Shown here: positions 19,468 to 28,506 of the stretch, piece after piece | Layout of the letters: each line of letters begins with the position of its first letter | Position numbering within the stretch: the stretch's first letter is position 1 | Origin: Nitrospirota bacterium | Lineage (GTDB): Bacteria; Nitrospirota; UBA9217 | Length of the DNA: 64,000 bases | Assembly (NCBI GenBank): GCA_963840455.1 | Contig: CAWIYV010000014.1 | Coordinates: forward strand, 533,469-597,468 | Direction: 5' to 3' | The notes under the pieces: generated by a model | The model's database searches: none | Told to the model about the DNA's origin: nothing | The model's input: the letters and a program-made list of their open reading frames with translations, nothing else | Made by a program: the position numbers and the translations under genes

Positions 19468-20658
19468 CTATCCCCGTATTTCCTTGAACTTCTTGATCAG
19501 GACCGGAAGGACCTCGTTCGCGTCTCCGACGATGCCATAGGTCGCGACATTGAAAATGGGCGCGTCAGGGTCCTTGTTGATGGCAACGATCGTTTCGGAG
19601 GACTGCATGCCTGCTACGTGCTGGATGGCGCCGGAGATGCCGACCGCGATGTAGAGCTTGGGGCAGACGGTCTTGCCGGTCTGGCCCACCTGGTGCGAGT
19701 ACGCGATCCAGCCCTCATCCACGGCTCCCCGCGTTGCCGCGACGGCACCACCGAGAACCCTGGCAAGCTCTGCAAGCATGTGGAAGTTCTTCTGGCTGCC
19801 AAGGCCCCGGCCGCCGGCAACGATGATGTCGGCCTCGCAGATGTTCACGGTCTCGGTCAGTTCTTCGACGGTCTTGAGCACCTTCGTGCGGACGCTGTTA
19901 GCCTGGGTGAACTTCACGTCGACGATCTCGCCCTTCCGGCTGTCGTCACGCAGGGCCGGCCTCATCACCTTGTGCCGGACCGTGGCCATCTGGGGCCGGT
20001 GGTTCGGCGTCACGATGGTGGCCATGATGTTCCCGCCGAAGGCTGGCCGGGTCTGGTGCAGATGGCCGGTCGCGGCGTCGATGTCAAGCACCGTACAGTC
20101 CGCAGTGAGGCCGGCATAGAGCGTTGAGGCCACCTTGGGGAAGAAAGAACGGCCGATGGCCGTTGCGCCGGCGAGGATGATCTCGGGCTTGTGCTCCCGT
20201 GCAAGCGCGGTCAGGATTGCCGCGTAGGAGTCGTCATTGAATTCCCTGAGCGCCGGGTCGTCGGCAACGTACACGGTGTCAGCGCCGTAGGCGATCAGGT
20301 CATTGGCCTTTGCCCTGATCCCCGAGCCCAGGAAGACGGCGGACAATTTCGCCTGCCTCTTGCCGGCAAGCTTCCTGCCCTCGCCGAGCAGTTCCAGCGA
20401 GACGCTGGCGATCTCGCCCTTGTGCTGCTCCGCGAAGACCCAGACGCCCTTGTACGACGAAAGGTCCTTCGCGGGCCCTATCTGTTCGATGTCCTTCTCG
20501 ATGGCCTTGAACTCGCAGGCCTCGACGCAGGCGCCGCAGAGGGTGCAGGCATCGGTGATGAACGCCTTGCCCTCGCGCATCTCGATGGCGCCGAAGGGGC
20601 AGGCCGACACGCAGGTCTCGCAGCCTGTGCAGATATCCGGTTTTACTTTAACGCTCAC
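19468..20658 (-). CDS. etfA: Electron transfer flavoprotein alpha subunit with N-terminal 2x[4Fe-4S] domain
   Basis: [12 protein letters not shown] / [11 protein letters not shown]; [36 protein letters not shown]. Confidence 0.93.
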   Translation of the reverse strand: MSVKVKPDICTGCETCVSACPFGAIEMREGKAFITDACTLCGACVEACEFKAIEKDIEQIGPAKDLSSYKGVWVFAEQHKGEIASVSLELLGEGRKLAGKRQAKLSAVFLGSGIRAKANDLIAYGADTVYVADDPALREFNDDSYAAILTALAREHKPEIILAGATAIGRSFFPKVASTLYAGLTADCTVLDIDAATGHLHQTRPAFGGNIMATIVTPNHRPQMATVRHKVMRPALRDDSRKGEIVDVKFTQANSVRTKVLKTVEELTETVNICEADIIVAGGRGLGSQKNFHMLAELARVLGGAVAATRGAVDEGWIAYSHQVGQTGKTVCPKLYIAVGISGAIQHVAGMQSSETIVAINKDPDAPIFNVATYGIVGDANEVLPVLIKKFKEIRG

Positions 20659-20683
20659 GAAAGACTCCTTGAATATCGTGCAG

Positions 20684-21469
20684 TTAGATCAGCGATTGTT
20701 CCTTCAATTTTTTCGCCACCGTAGCGACCTGATCCTCGATGCTGCCGGAGAGGATCTCCCGCTGGCCGCGCGGCGCGGGTGGGAAGATCCGGACTACCTG
20801 GGTGGGGGAGCCCTTCAGGCCGATCTTTTCCTCGTCGGCGCTGATGTCCTTGGCCGTCCAGGCGGTGACCTTCAGGTTCTTTGCCTTCATCTTGCCCTTG
20901 AGGGACGGGACACGGGGCTCGTTGATCTCCTTCACCACCGTGATGAGGGCCGGAAGGGATGTCTCAACGACATCGTAACCTTCGTCCATAAGCCGTTCAG
21001 CGATCATCTTCCGACCCTCGATCTGCTCGATCTTCCTTATATAAGCGACGAAAGGGATGCCGAGCATGTCGGCGGTCTCGGGCCCGACCTGCGCTGTGTC
21101 GCCGTCGATGGCCTGCTTGCCCGCGATCACGAGGTCATACTCCCCGACCTTCCTGATCCCCTGGGACAGGGCATACGAGGTCGCCCAGGTGTCGGCGCCG
21201 GCAAAGGCGCGGTCCGACAACAGCACCACATCATCCACCCCAAGGGAGACAGTCTCCTTCAGCGCCTCGGCCGCCTGGGGCGGGCCCATGGTGACCGCGG
21301 TCACCTTGCCGCCGTGCTTCTCGCGAAGGCGGAGCGCCTCCTCGATGGCGTACCGGTCGTAGGGATTGATGATGCTGGGCACCCCGTCGCGGATGAGGGT
21401 GTTCGTCTCCCGGTTGATCTTCACTTCCGCGGTGTCCGGGACCTGTTTTACCAGAACGATGATGTTCAT
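20684..21469 (-). CDS. etfB: Electron transfer flavoprotein beta subunit
   Basis: KQVPD, INPYD, DRAFAGADTWATS, GKQAIDGDTAQVGP. Confidence 0.94.
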   Translation of the reverse strand: MNIIVLVKQVPDTAEVKINRETNTLIRDGVPSIINPYDRYAIEEALRLREKHGGKVTAVTMGPPQAAEALKETVSLGVDDVVLLSDRAFAGADTWATSYALSQGIRKVGEYDLVIAGKQAIDGDTAQVGPETADMLGIPFVAYIRKIEQIEGRKMIAERLMDEGYDVVETSLPALITVVKEINEPRVPSLKGKMKAKNLKVTAWTAKDISADEEKIGLKGSPTQVVRIFPPAPRGQREILSGSIEDQVATVAKKLKEQSLI

Positions 21470-21562
21470 GAACAATGTTCTCCGAAGATTGGGTAGAGAA
21501 GCAGTCTAGTCGCAGTCGAGAAACGATCCCATTGTCCCGACTGCATTATGACTGCTCTACGA

Positions 21563-22720
21563 TTATTTTGCCCTCGTTGCTTCGCGGATCATGTCCAGGG
21601 CGACGACGTTGCGCTGGACCTGGTTGGTGCCCTCATAGATCTGGAGGATTTTGGCGTCGCGCATCATCTTCTCGACGGGGTATTCCTTCATGTAGCCCGA
21701 GCCGCCCATGACCTGGACCGCGTCGGTGGTCACCTTCATCGCGACGTCAGTGGCGAAGTACTTTGCCATGGCCGAGGCACGGGAGAAGTCCTTGGCGCCG
21801 CTGTCCATCATGCGTGCCACGGCGTACACGAGGGCGCGTGCGGCCTCGGTCTGGGTCTGCATGTCTGCCAGCATGTGCTGGACCGCCTGAAACGAGGTGA
21901 CGGGCTGTCCGAACTGGACCCGGCCCTTGGCGAACTTGATGCACTCGTCGATTGCGCCCTGCGCCACGCCGACGCCCTGGGCCCCCACGCCGGCGCGAGA
22001 GCAATCGAGGGTCTTCATGGCAACGATGAAGCCCATGCCTTCTTTCGTGATGAGGTTCTCCTTGGGGATACGGCAGTTGTTGAAGATGAGCTCCGTGGTG
22101 GACGAGGCACGGATGCCCATCTTGTTCTCTTTCTTGCCGAACGTGAAGCCGGGCGTGCCTTTTTCCACGATGAATGCCGAAGCGCCGCGGGGGCCCTTGG
22201 ACTTGTCGGTGATGGCGATGATGGTGTAGATCTCAGCCTCGCCGCCGTTCGTGATCCACTGCTTGGTGCCGTTCAGCACGTACTCGCTGCCTTCCAGCTT
22301 CGCCGTGGTCTGGATGCCGCTGGCGTCGCTGCCTGCATTGGCCTCGGTCAGGCCGAAGGCCACAAACTTCTTTCCCGCTGCAATATCAGGCAGGTATTTT
22401 TTCTTCTGCGCGTCCGAGCCGTGGAGCAGTATCGGGTAGCTGCCGAGTGCGTTCGCCGCGTAGGTGGTGGACACGCCAAGGCAGGCCTTGGAGATCTCCT
22501 CGATGGCGATGTAGAAATCCAGGCTCTTCTTGCCGAGGCCGCCATACTCTTCGGGGATGTAGATGCCAAAGAGGTCTGCCTGGGCCATGGCCTTCATGAT
22601 CTCCGTCGGGAACTTGTTCTGCTCGTCCAATTCGGCCCGCACCGGCACGATCTTCTCGACCGCGATCTGCCGTGCGAGATCGCGTATCATGATCTGCTCT
22701 TCCGTCAACAGGTAGTCCAT
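21563..22720 (-). CDS. Acyl-CoA dehydrogenase (butyryl-CoA dehydrogenase-like)
   Basis: FGLTEANAGSDA, LNGTKQWITNG, KMGIRAS, RVQFG, MGGSGY, IYEGTNQ. Confidence 0.93.
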   Translation of the reverse strand: MDYLLTEEQIMIRDLARQIAVEKIVPVRAELDEQNKFPTEIMKAMAQADLFGIYIPEEYGGLGKKSLDFYIAIEEISKACLGVSTTYAANALGSYPILLHGSDAQKKKYLPDIAAGKKFVAFGLTEANAGSDASGIQTTAKLEGSEYVLNGTKQWITNGGEAEIYTIIAITDKSKGPRGASAFIVEKGTPGFTFGKKENKMGIRASSTTELIFNNCRIPKENLITKEGMGFIVAMKTLDCSRAGVGAQGVGVAQGAIDECIKFAKGRVQFGQPVTSFQAVQHMLADMQTQTEAARALVYAVARMMDSGAKDFSRASAMAKYFATDVAMKVTTDAVQVMGGSGYMKEYPVEKMMRDAKILQIYEGTNQVQRNVVALDMIREATRAK

Positions 22721-22797
22721 TACTTCCTCCGCAAGAACGAATTTTTATGATTAGAGATGAACCCGGATGAATTCAGAATGCACGATGCCGTCGATCA

Positions 22798-23778
22798 CTA
22801 CCACCGGACCAGCGCCGACGCCCAGGTGAGCCCGCCGCCGAAGGCTTCGAACAAAAGGAGATGGTTTTCCTTGATCCTGCCATCACGGACAGCTTCATCG
22901 AGGGCCATGGGAATGGAGGCCGCCGAGGTATTGCCGTATTTCGGCAGCGTAAGCACTACTTTTTCCATGGGCATGTTGAGACGCTGCGCCATGGCCAAGA
23001 TGATCCTCAGATTGGCCTGATGCGGCACAAGATAGTCGATGTCCTCCGGTTTTACCTTGTTGTGCTCGAGCGTTTCCTGCACCACGGCCTCCAAGGCTCG
23101 AACCGCGGCCTTGAACGTTTCATTGCCCCTCATTCTGATGAAGTGCATCCGTTTCCGGATGGTATCGTGGGAAGCCGGATGAGAAGCGCCTCCGGCGGGG
23201 ACACGGATCAAGTCCCCGAAAGAACCATCCGAATGCAGATGTGTCGAAAGTATCCCGCGTTTACCTGCATGGCGCTGGATTACCACCGCCCCCGCGCCGT
23301 CTCCGAAGAGGATGCAGGTCGTCCGGTCCTCCCAGTCCGTGTAGCGCGAGAGGATCTCGGCGCCGACCAGCAGGATGTTCTTGTACGTGCCGGACTGGAT
23401 GAATGCGCTTGCGATGGACATCCCGTAAATGAAGCCCGAACAGGCGGCGGAGATATCGAACGCAGCCGCTTTTTTGGCGCCGAGCTTTTCCTGCAGTACG
23501 CATCCCATGCTGGGCAGGATGGTGTCCGGCGTCATGGTCGCGACAAGAATAAGATCCAGGTCACGCGCGCTGAGTCCCGCCGCTTTCAGCGCTTTTTGGC
23601 TTGCCTCATAGGCAAGATCGGATGTCGTCTGGTCCTTTTCCGCGATCCTTCGCTCTTTGATGCCGGTGCGGTCCATGATCCACTCGTCGCTGGTATCTAC
23701 AAGCTTTTCCAGATCGTGGTTGGTGATGACCTTTTTCGGCGCATACGAGCCGGTCCCTGTTATGCGTGCGTGGATCAT
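22798..23778 (-). CDS. fabH: 3-oxoacyl-ACP synthase III
   Basis: AACSGF, FGDGAGA, PHQAN, GNTSAAS, FGGGLTW. Confidence 0.96.
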   Translation of the reverse strand: MIHARITGTGSYAPKKVITNHDLEKLVDTSDEWIMDRTGIKERRIAEKDQTTSDLAYEASQKALKAAGLSARDLDLILVATMTPDTILPSMGCVLQEKLGAKKAAAFDISAACSGFIYGMSIASAFIQSGTYKNILLVGAEILSRYTDWEDRTTCILFGDGAGAVVIQRHAGKRGILSTHLHSDGSFGDLIRVPAGGASHPASHDTIRKRMHFIRMRGNETFKAAVRALEAVVQETLEHNKVKPEDIDYLVPHQANLRIILAMAQRLNMPMEKVVLTLPKYGNTSAASIPMALDEAVRDGRIKENHLLLFEAFGGGLTWASALVRW

Positions 23779-24788
23779 TTTGATTTTGCCAGCTCCATGT
23801 TCTTTTTAATGTCCTCGTGGATGTGCCTGTTGACCTCGCTCCGCGCGAGCTCGGAGGCAACACGGATTGCGTTCTTGATGGCGCGGTCCGAGGACCGGCC
23901 GTGGCTGATGATGCTGATGCCATTGATGCCGATGAGCGGCGCGCCGCCGTATTCGGCGTAATCGATGCGGCGCTTGAGGGCACGGAATGCGGGCCGCATC
24001 ATGAAGTAGCCGAGCTTCCGGATAAGGTTGTCGCCGATGTTCTCCCGGATCATGTACCCGATGGTCTCGGCGACGGCCTCGGATAGCTTGAGCACCACGT
24101 TGCCGATGAATCCGTCGCAGACGACGACGTCGACCTTGCCGCTCATCACATCGCGGCCCTCGACGTTCCCGATAAAGTTGAGCGACGTCTCGGTCAGGAG
24201 CTTGAACGCCTCCTTGGTGAGCTCGTTGCCCTTGGTCTCCTCTTCGCCGATGGACAGGAGCCCGACCTGGGGGTTCGGATTCTTCAGGAGGTATTTAGCG
24301 TACACCTCGCCCATGATGGCGAACTGGAGGAGGTGGGCCGGTTTGCAGTCCACGTTGGCGCCCACGTCGAGCACGATGCAGGTCCCTTTGACGGTCGGCA
24401 TGAAGGTCGCGATGGCCGGGCGTTCGATCCCTTCGAGCTTGCCCAGGACGAAAAGGGACGTGGCCATGGCCGCGCCGGTGTGGCCGGCGCTGATGATGGC
24501 AATTGCTTCGCCGCTCTTCACCAGCTCGTTGGCAACACGGATCGAGGAGTCCTTCTTCCGCCGGAAGACCGTCGAGGGCGAGTCGAGCATGTCGACGACC
24601 TCGGTGGCGTTCCGGACTTCGATGGGCAGGGATGCCGCGCCGTGATGCTTCCGGAGCTCGGCCTGGACCGACTGCTCGATCCCGACGAGGATGATGCCGA
24701 CGCCGAACTCTTTCGCGGCGTGCACGGCCCCGGCCACAACGGCCTGGGGCGCATAATCCCCTCCCATGGCATCTACTGCGATCTTCAT
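23775..24788 (-). CDS. plsX: Phosphate acyltransferase
   Basis: AVDAMGGD, SAGHTGA, DVGAN, DGFIGNV.LK, SHGRS. Confidence 0.96.
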   Translation of the reverse strand: MKIAVDAMGGDYAPQAVVAGAVHAAKEFGVGIILVGIEQSVQAELRKHHGAASLPIEVRNATEVVDMLDSPSTVFRRKKDSSIRVANELVKSGEAIAIISAGHTGAAMATSLFVLGKLEGIERPAIATFMPTVKGTCIVLDVGANVDCKPAHLLQFAIMGEVYAKYLLKNPNPQVGLLSIGEEETKGNELTKEAFKLLTETSLNFIGNVEGRDVMSGKVDVVVCDGFIGNVVLKLSEAVAETIGYMIRENIGDNLIRKLGYFMMRPAFRALKRRIDYAEYGGAPLIGINGISIISHGRSSDRAIKNAIRVASELARSEVNRHIHEDIKKNMELAKSK

Positions 24789-24812
24789 GTGCGCGATTGC
24801 TCCCGACAAGAC

Positions 24813-24857
24813 AAAAGGCAAAGGGAAACCCGCACGGGGCGGGGTCTCCTTTGCCTT
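24813..24857 (-). terminator. Hairpin downstream of rpmF (partial terminator)
   Basis: AAGGCAAAGG...CCTTTGCCTT inverted repeat with short T run on the minus strand. Confidence 0.55.
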
Positions 24858-24872
24858 CCAGATTGTGCGCGG

Positions 24873-25055
24873 TTAGATCTGTTGGACGGTGACGACTTCC
24901 CGGTTGTTGTAGGTCCCGCAGGACATGCAGGCGTGATGAGGCTTCTTCACTTCCTGGCACTGCGGGCATACTGTGAGGTTGGGCGCCTTGAGATACTTGT
25001 GGGTGCGCCGCTTGTCCCTGCGGGACTTGGAATGTCTGTGTTTTGGATTTGCCAT
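24873..25055 (-). CDS. rpmF: 50S ribosomal protein L32 (Zn-binding form)
   Basis: MANPKHRHSKSRRDKRRTH...CPQC...HHACMSCG. Confidence 0.96.
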   Translation of the reverse strand: MANPKHRHSKSRRDKRRTHKYLKAPNLTVCPQCQEVKKPHHACMSCGTYNNREVVTVQQI

Positions 25056-25062
25056 TTCTCCA

Positions 25063-25593
25063 CTACTCCTTTTCCGGTTTAATGATTGTCTTGAGCGCGG
25101 CGAAGGGGCTTGCTGCACCCTCCGGTAGTTCGGTCCGGCAATCGCATTCCCGTTCGTTCCGGTCTCCGCCGCAGACCGGGCAGAGGCCTTTGCAATCGGG
25201 GCTGTGGACCGGGACCATGGGGATGGCCAGGAGCAACTGCTCCCTGATGAACTCTTTGGGCTCGATCTCTTCGCCCCGGTAGAACTCCGTGTCAAGCTCT
25301 GACCTGCCGAGTTCATGCTCCGCGGACAGCTTCCGGGCTCCCTCAGGGATCAGGTCGAAGTCAATAGCCGCTTCTTTTATGGGGAAAGTAAAGCGCTTCA
25401 GGCACCGGCTGCATTCCAGCGAGGCGGTCGCTTCGACGGTCCCGTTCACATGGAATATCCCTGCGCCTTCTGCCTTGACCGTTACCTGTGCCATGAACGG
25501 CGTATCGGCGGTCCCTTCGTCGAACAGATCAAGCTTGTCGGCCAGTTTGACTGTCAACCCTTCAGGAGGTATATCATTGATCTTAATGGCCAT
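25063..25593 (-). CDS. DUF177/YceD family protein
   Basis: CSRCL, P...HSPDCKGLCPVCG...C.C, SPFAALK; position upstream of rpmF. Confidence 0.92.
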   Translation of the reverse strand: MAIKINDIPPEGLTVKLADKLDLFDEGTADTPFMAQVTVKAEGAGIFHVNGTVEATASLECSRCLKRFTFPIKEAAIDFDLIPEGARKLSAEHELGRSELDTEFYRGEEIEPKEFIREQLLLAIPMVPVHSPDCKGLCPVCGGDRNERECDCRTELPEGAASPFAALKTIIKPEKE

Positions 25594-25622
25594 TTGATCG
25601 CCTCCGGGGCCAAGAGTCTGGA

Positions 25623-25651
25623 ATTATAAGGTGAAGCCCTCGATTTGTCAA
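25623..25651 (-). promoter_or_regulatory. Consensus sigma70 promoter of the DUF177-rpmF-fab operon
   Basis: Minus strand TTGACA-17 bp-TATAAT. Confidence 0.85.
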
Positions 25652-25765
25652 GGGAAAAGACCGGTCAGGACAGGGTTTCGAAATCAGAAATCAGGAGCCA
25701 CGGGTCAGGAGAGAGAAGGGATATTTCCAATCTCCCATTGTAGAGAAGAGCGGCCCGTGGATCAC

Positions 25766-26998
25766 TCATGCCACTTGCTCTCGAACAACATTTGGTCCAC
25801 CGCCGTTCACCTGCCGGAGCAGAACGAGCCCGATAATAAAGAAAGCGGCGATGGAAAGTATGGCGGGCCGCTGGCTACCGAAGGCCGCTGACACCTGGCC
25901 GAAGACGAGGGGACCGATGACCGCAGAGGACTTCCCGACGAGGGAATAGACGCCAAAGTATTCGGCCTCCTTACCCTCGGGGATGAACTGCGTGTAGAAG
26001 GCACGGGTGCCCGCCTGGACCGAGCCGAGACCGAGCCCCGCTATACAGGCGATGGCCCAGAAGTGGGCCTTGCTCTGGACGAAGAACGCTGATACGGCTA
26101 CCAGCGACCAGAGCAGGAGCGAAAGGACAACGACCCTCTTGGGCCCCCAGGTGTCGGTCGGCTTCGAGAGAAGGAAGGCGCCGATCAGCGCCGTGACCTG
26201 CACCACAAGGTACAGGCCGATAAGCTCGCCCTGTCCGAAAGCGAAGGTCGTCGCGGCCAGGCTGCTTGAGAATACGATGACCGTGTTCACGCCGTCTTCA
26301 TAAATAAGGTAGGAAAGAAGGAACTTCCGGGGCTCTCTGCGGGACCATATCTCCCGCAGGGTCGCCATTGCCTTGCGGATGCCCATGACACCTGCTTGCG
26401 ATGCCGTCACCCCGGTCCGGATGTCCCGCGGCAGGAACAGGAAGGCGGGGATGGAAAAGAGCGCGAAGAACGCCGCCACCATGAGCCAGACAAGCTCGAA
26501 CATGCCGTCCTTTACCAGCGGGAGCGCGATCAGGAGCGACAGGATGGAACCCGCGTATCCCACGCTGAATCCCCAGCCCGAGACACGGCCTTGGTACTCG
26601 ACGGGAGCGATCCGGGGAAGGAAGGAGTTGTAGAACACCAGCCCGCCTTCCATGCCGATGTTCGCGATGACCATGAGGAAGAAGCCGATGAAAGCCGCGC
26701 CGGGCGTCAGCAAAGAGAGCGCCGCAACAGCCGCGACGCAGGTATAGGTATAGAAGACGAGGAGCCGCTTGCGGAGACCTGCGTAGTCGGCAATGCCGCC
26801 CAGGAACGGCGAGGAAAGGGAGACGAACAGCATGCTGGCCGAGATGGCCGCTCCCCACCAGAGGTCTCCGTTGCCTCTTTCGTTCCCCACGATTCGGTTG
26901 ATATAATACACTTGGAATACGACGGCCGCGATGACCGCCGAGTAGCTCGAGTTCGCGAAGTCGAAGAGGCACCAGGAGAGGATCTGCTTCCTGTTCAT
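25766..26998 (-). CDS. MFS transporter (UMF1/ATG22-like)
   Basis: WCLFDFANS, GGIAD, FYNSFLP, ~12 TM segments. Confidence 0.88.
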   Translation of the reverse strand: MNRKQILSWCLFDFANSSYSAVIAAVVFQVYYINRIVGNERGNGDLWWGAAISASMLFVSLSSPFLGGIADYAGLRKRLLVFYTYTCVAAVAALSLLTPGAAFIGFFLMVIANIGMEGGLVFYNSFLPRIAPVEYQGRVSGWGFSVGYAGSILSLLIALPLVKDGMFELVWLMVAAFFALFSIPAFLFLPRDIRTGVTASQAGVMGIRKAMATLREIWSRREPRKFLLSYLIYEDGVNTVIVFSSSLAATTFAFGQGELIGLYLVVQVTALIGAFLLSKPTDTWGPKRVVVLSLLLWSLVAVSAFFVQSKAHFWAIACIAGLGLGSVQAGTRAFYTQFIPEGKEAEYFGVYSLVGKSSAVIGPLVFGQVSAAFGSQRPAILSIAAFFIIGLVLLRQVNGGGPNVVREQVA

Positions 26999-27097
26999 GG
27001 ACCACATTATGGGATAATTGAGGTATGATTGCAAGGGTGTTATCGGCCGCTTGTATTGTCCTGCCCCATGCAGTATCTTAGAAGTGAGGGGAACGCC

Positions 27098-28048
27098 ATG
27101 GAAAGACGAACATTAGGAACTTCAGACCTTGCCATCACGCGCATTGGTTATGGTGCCTGGGCCATCGGGGGCGCGGGATGGGAGTATGCCTGGGGCCCGC
27201 AGAAGGACGAGGACTCCATCGCCGCCATCCGGCGGTCGCTCGAACTGGGCGTGAACTGGATCGACACTGCGGCGGTCTACGGTCTCGGGCATTCCGAGGA
27301 GATCGTTGCACGGGCGCTCGACGACCGGACGGGTGATCGGCCCTACGTCTTTACGAAGTGCGGTTTGGTCTGGGGCGAACGGGGACGGCTTTCCCGGACG
27401 CTCACTGCCGCGTCGGTCAGGAAGGAATGCGAGAACAGCCTGCGCAGACTTCGGGTCGCGGCCATCGACCTGTACCAGGTCCATTGGCCGCCTGAGAACG
27501 ATGCTGAGCTCGAGGAGGGTTGGGCGGAAATGGCAGCGCTCAAGCACGAGGGCAAGGTGCGGTGGATCGGTGTGTCGAACTTCAGCGTCGAGCAGATGAG
27601 GCGGGCACGGACCATCGCTCCGGTCACGTCGCTCCAGCCGCCTTACTCGCTGGTGCGGCGCGGCATTGAAATAGAAGTCCTAACCTTCTGCCGGAAAGGG
27701 GATATCGGCGTGATCGTGTATGCGCCCATGGCCTCGGGTCTTTTGACCGGCGCCATGACGCGCGAGCGGGCATTGGGTCTTCCTGCTGATGACTGGCGCC
27801 GCCGCAGCCCGGAGTTCAATGAACCGAACTTGACAAGGAATCTCGCCCTGGTCGAGCGGCTTCGCGCTGTGGGAAAACGCCACGGCCGTTCACCGGGCGA
27901 GGCGGCGATCGCGTGGTCGCTCAGGAATGCTGCCGTGACCGGCGCCATTGTCGGCGCGCGGACCGCGGCCCAGGCGGAAGGCGTGATGCGCGCGGCAGAG
28001 CTCGTGCTCAGCGAGGAAGATATTGCGGATATCGAGGGGGCACGGTAA
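27098..28048 (+). CDS. Aldo/keto reductase
   Basis: IDTAAVYG.GHSE, IDLYQVHWP, IGVSNF, SLQPPYS. Confidence 0.93.
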   Translation: MERRTLGTSDLAITRIGYGAWAIGGAGWEYAWGPQKDEDSIAAIRRSLELGVNWIDTAAVYGLGHSEEIVARALDDRTGDRPYVFTKCGLVWGERGRLSRTLTAASVRKECENSLRRLRVAAIDLYQVHWPPENDAELEEGWAEMAALKHEGKVRWIGVSNFSVEQMRRARTIAPVTSLQPPYSLVRRGIEIEVLTFCRKGDIGVIVYAPMASGLLTGAMTRERALGLPADDWRRRSPEFNEPNLTRNLALVERLRAVGKRHGRSPGEAAIAWSLRNAAVTGAIVGARTAAQAEGVMRAAELVLSEEDIADIEGAR

Positions 28049-28233
28049 GACCGGCGGCCGTAACGTACGTTGTGCGCACGCTCCGGGACGCCGGTTTTGA
28101 TCGCCTGCGGGATAATGCCCGCCAGGTCCGATACCCCGGAACATACCCTTCCCATCCACTTGGCTTCCCCCGCTGTTCTATGATAATAAGTGCCTCTGTA
28201 CAACATCCGTTGGGTGTCGCGGGAGGGTCCGCA

Positions 28234-28499
28234 ATGATCAAGACGCTTTCTTCATTGCTTGCCGTTCTTCTTTTCGCCCTGATCCTCTTGCCGGCCGCGA
28301 AAGCCAGGCGATCATCTATGCATGGGTGAACAAGAAGGGCATCCTGACCCTTACCGATGATCTGCAGAGGGCCACCAAGCGGCACCGGGCATCGGCGGTC
28401 ATTGTGAACGGGCACAGGGTCGATGAAAGATCTGGCGAGGAACGGGCGAGACTCACAGAGATCGAGAAGAAGTTCAACGATAGGGAGCAGAAGAGGTAG
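28234..28499 (+). pseudogene. Frameshifted DUF4124-like secreted protein
   Basis: Signal peptide MIKTLSSLLAVLLFALILLPA continues in the -1 frame as ESQAIIYAWVNKKGILTLTDD...; span 266 nt, one base short of a whole number of codons. Confidence 0.55.
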
Positions 28500-28506
28500 G
28501 CAAGGG

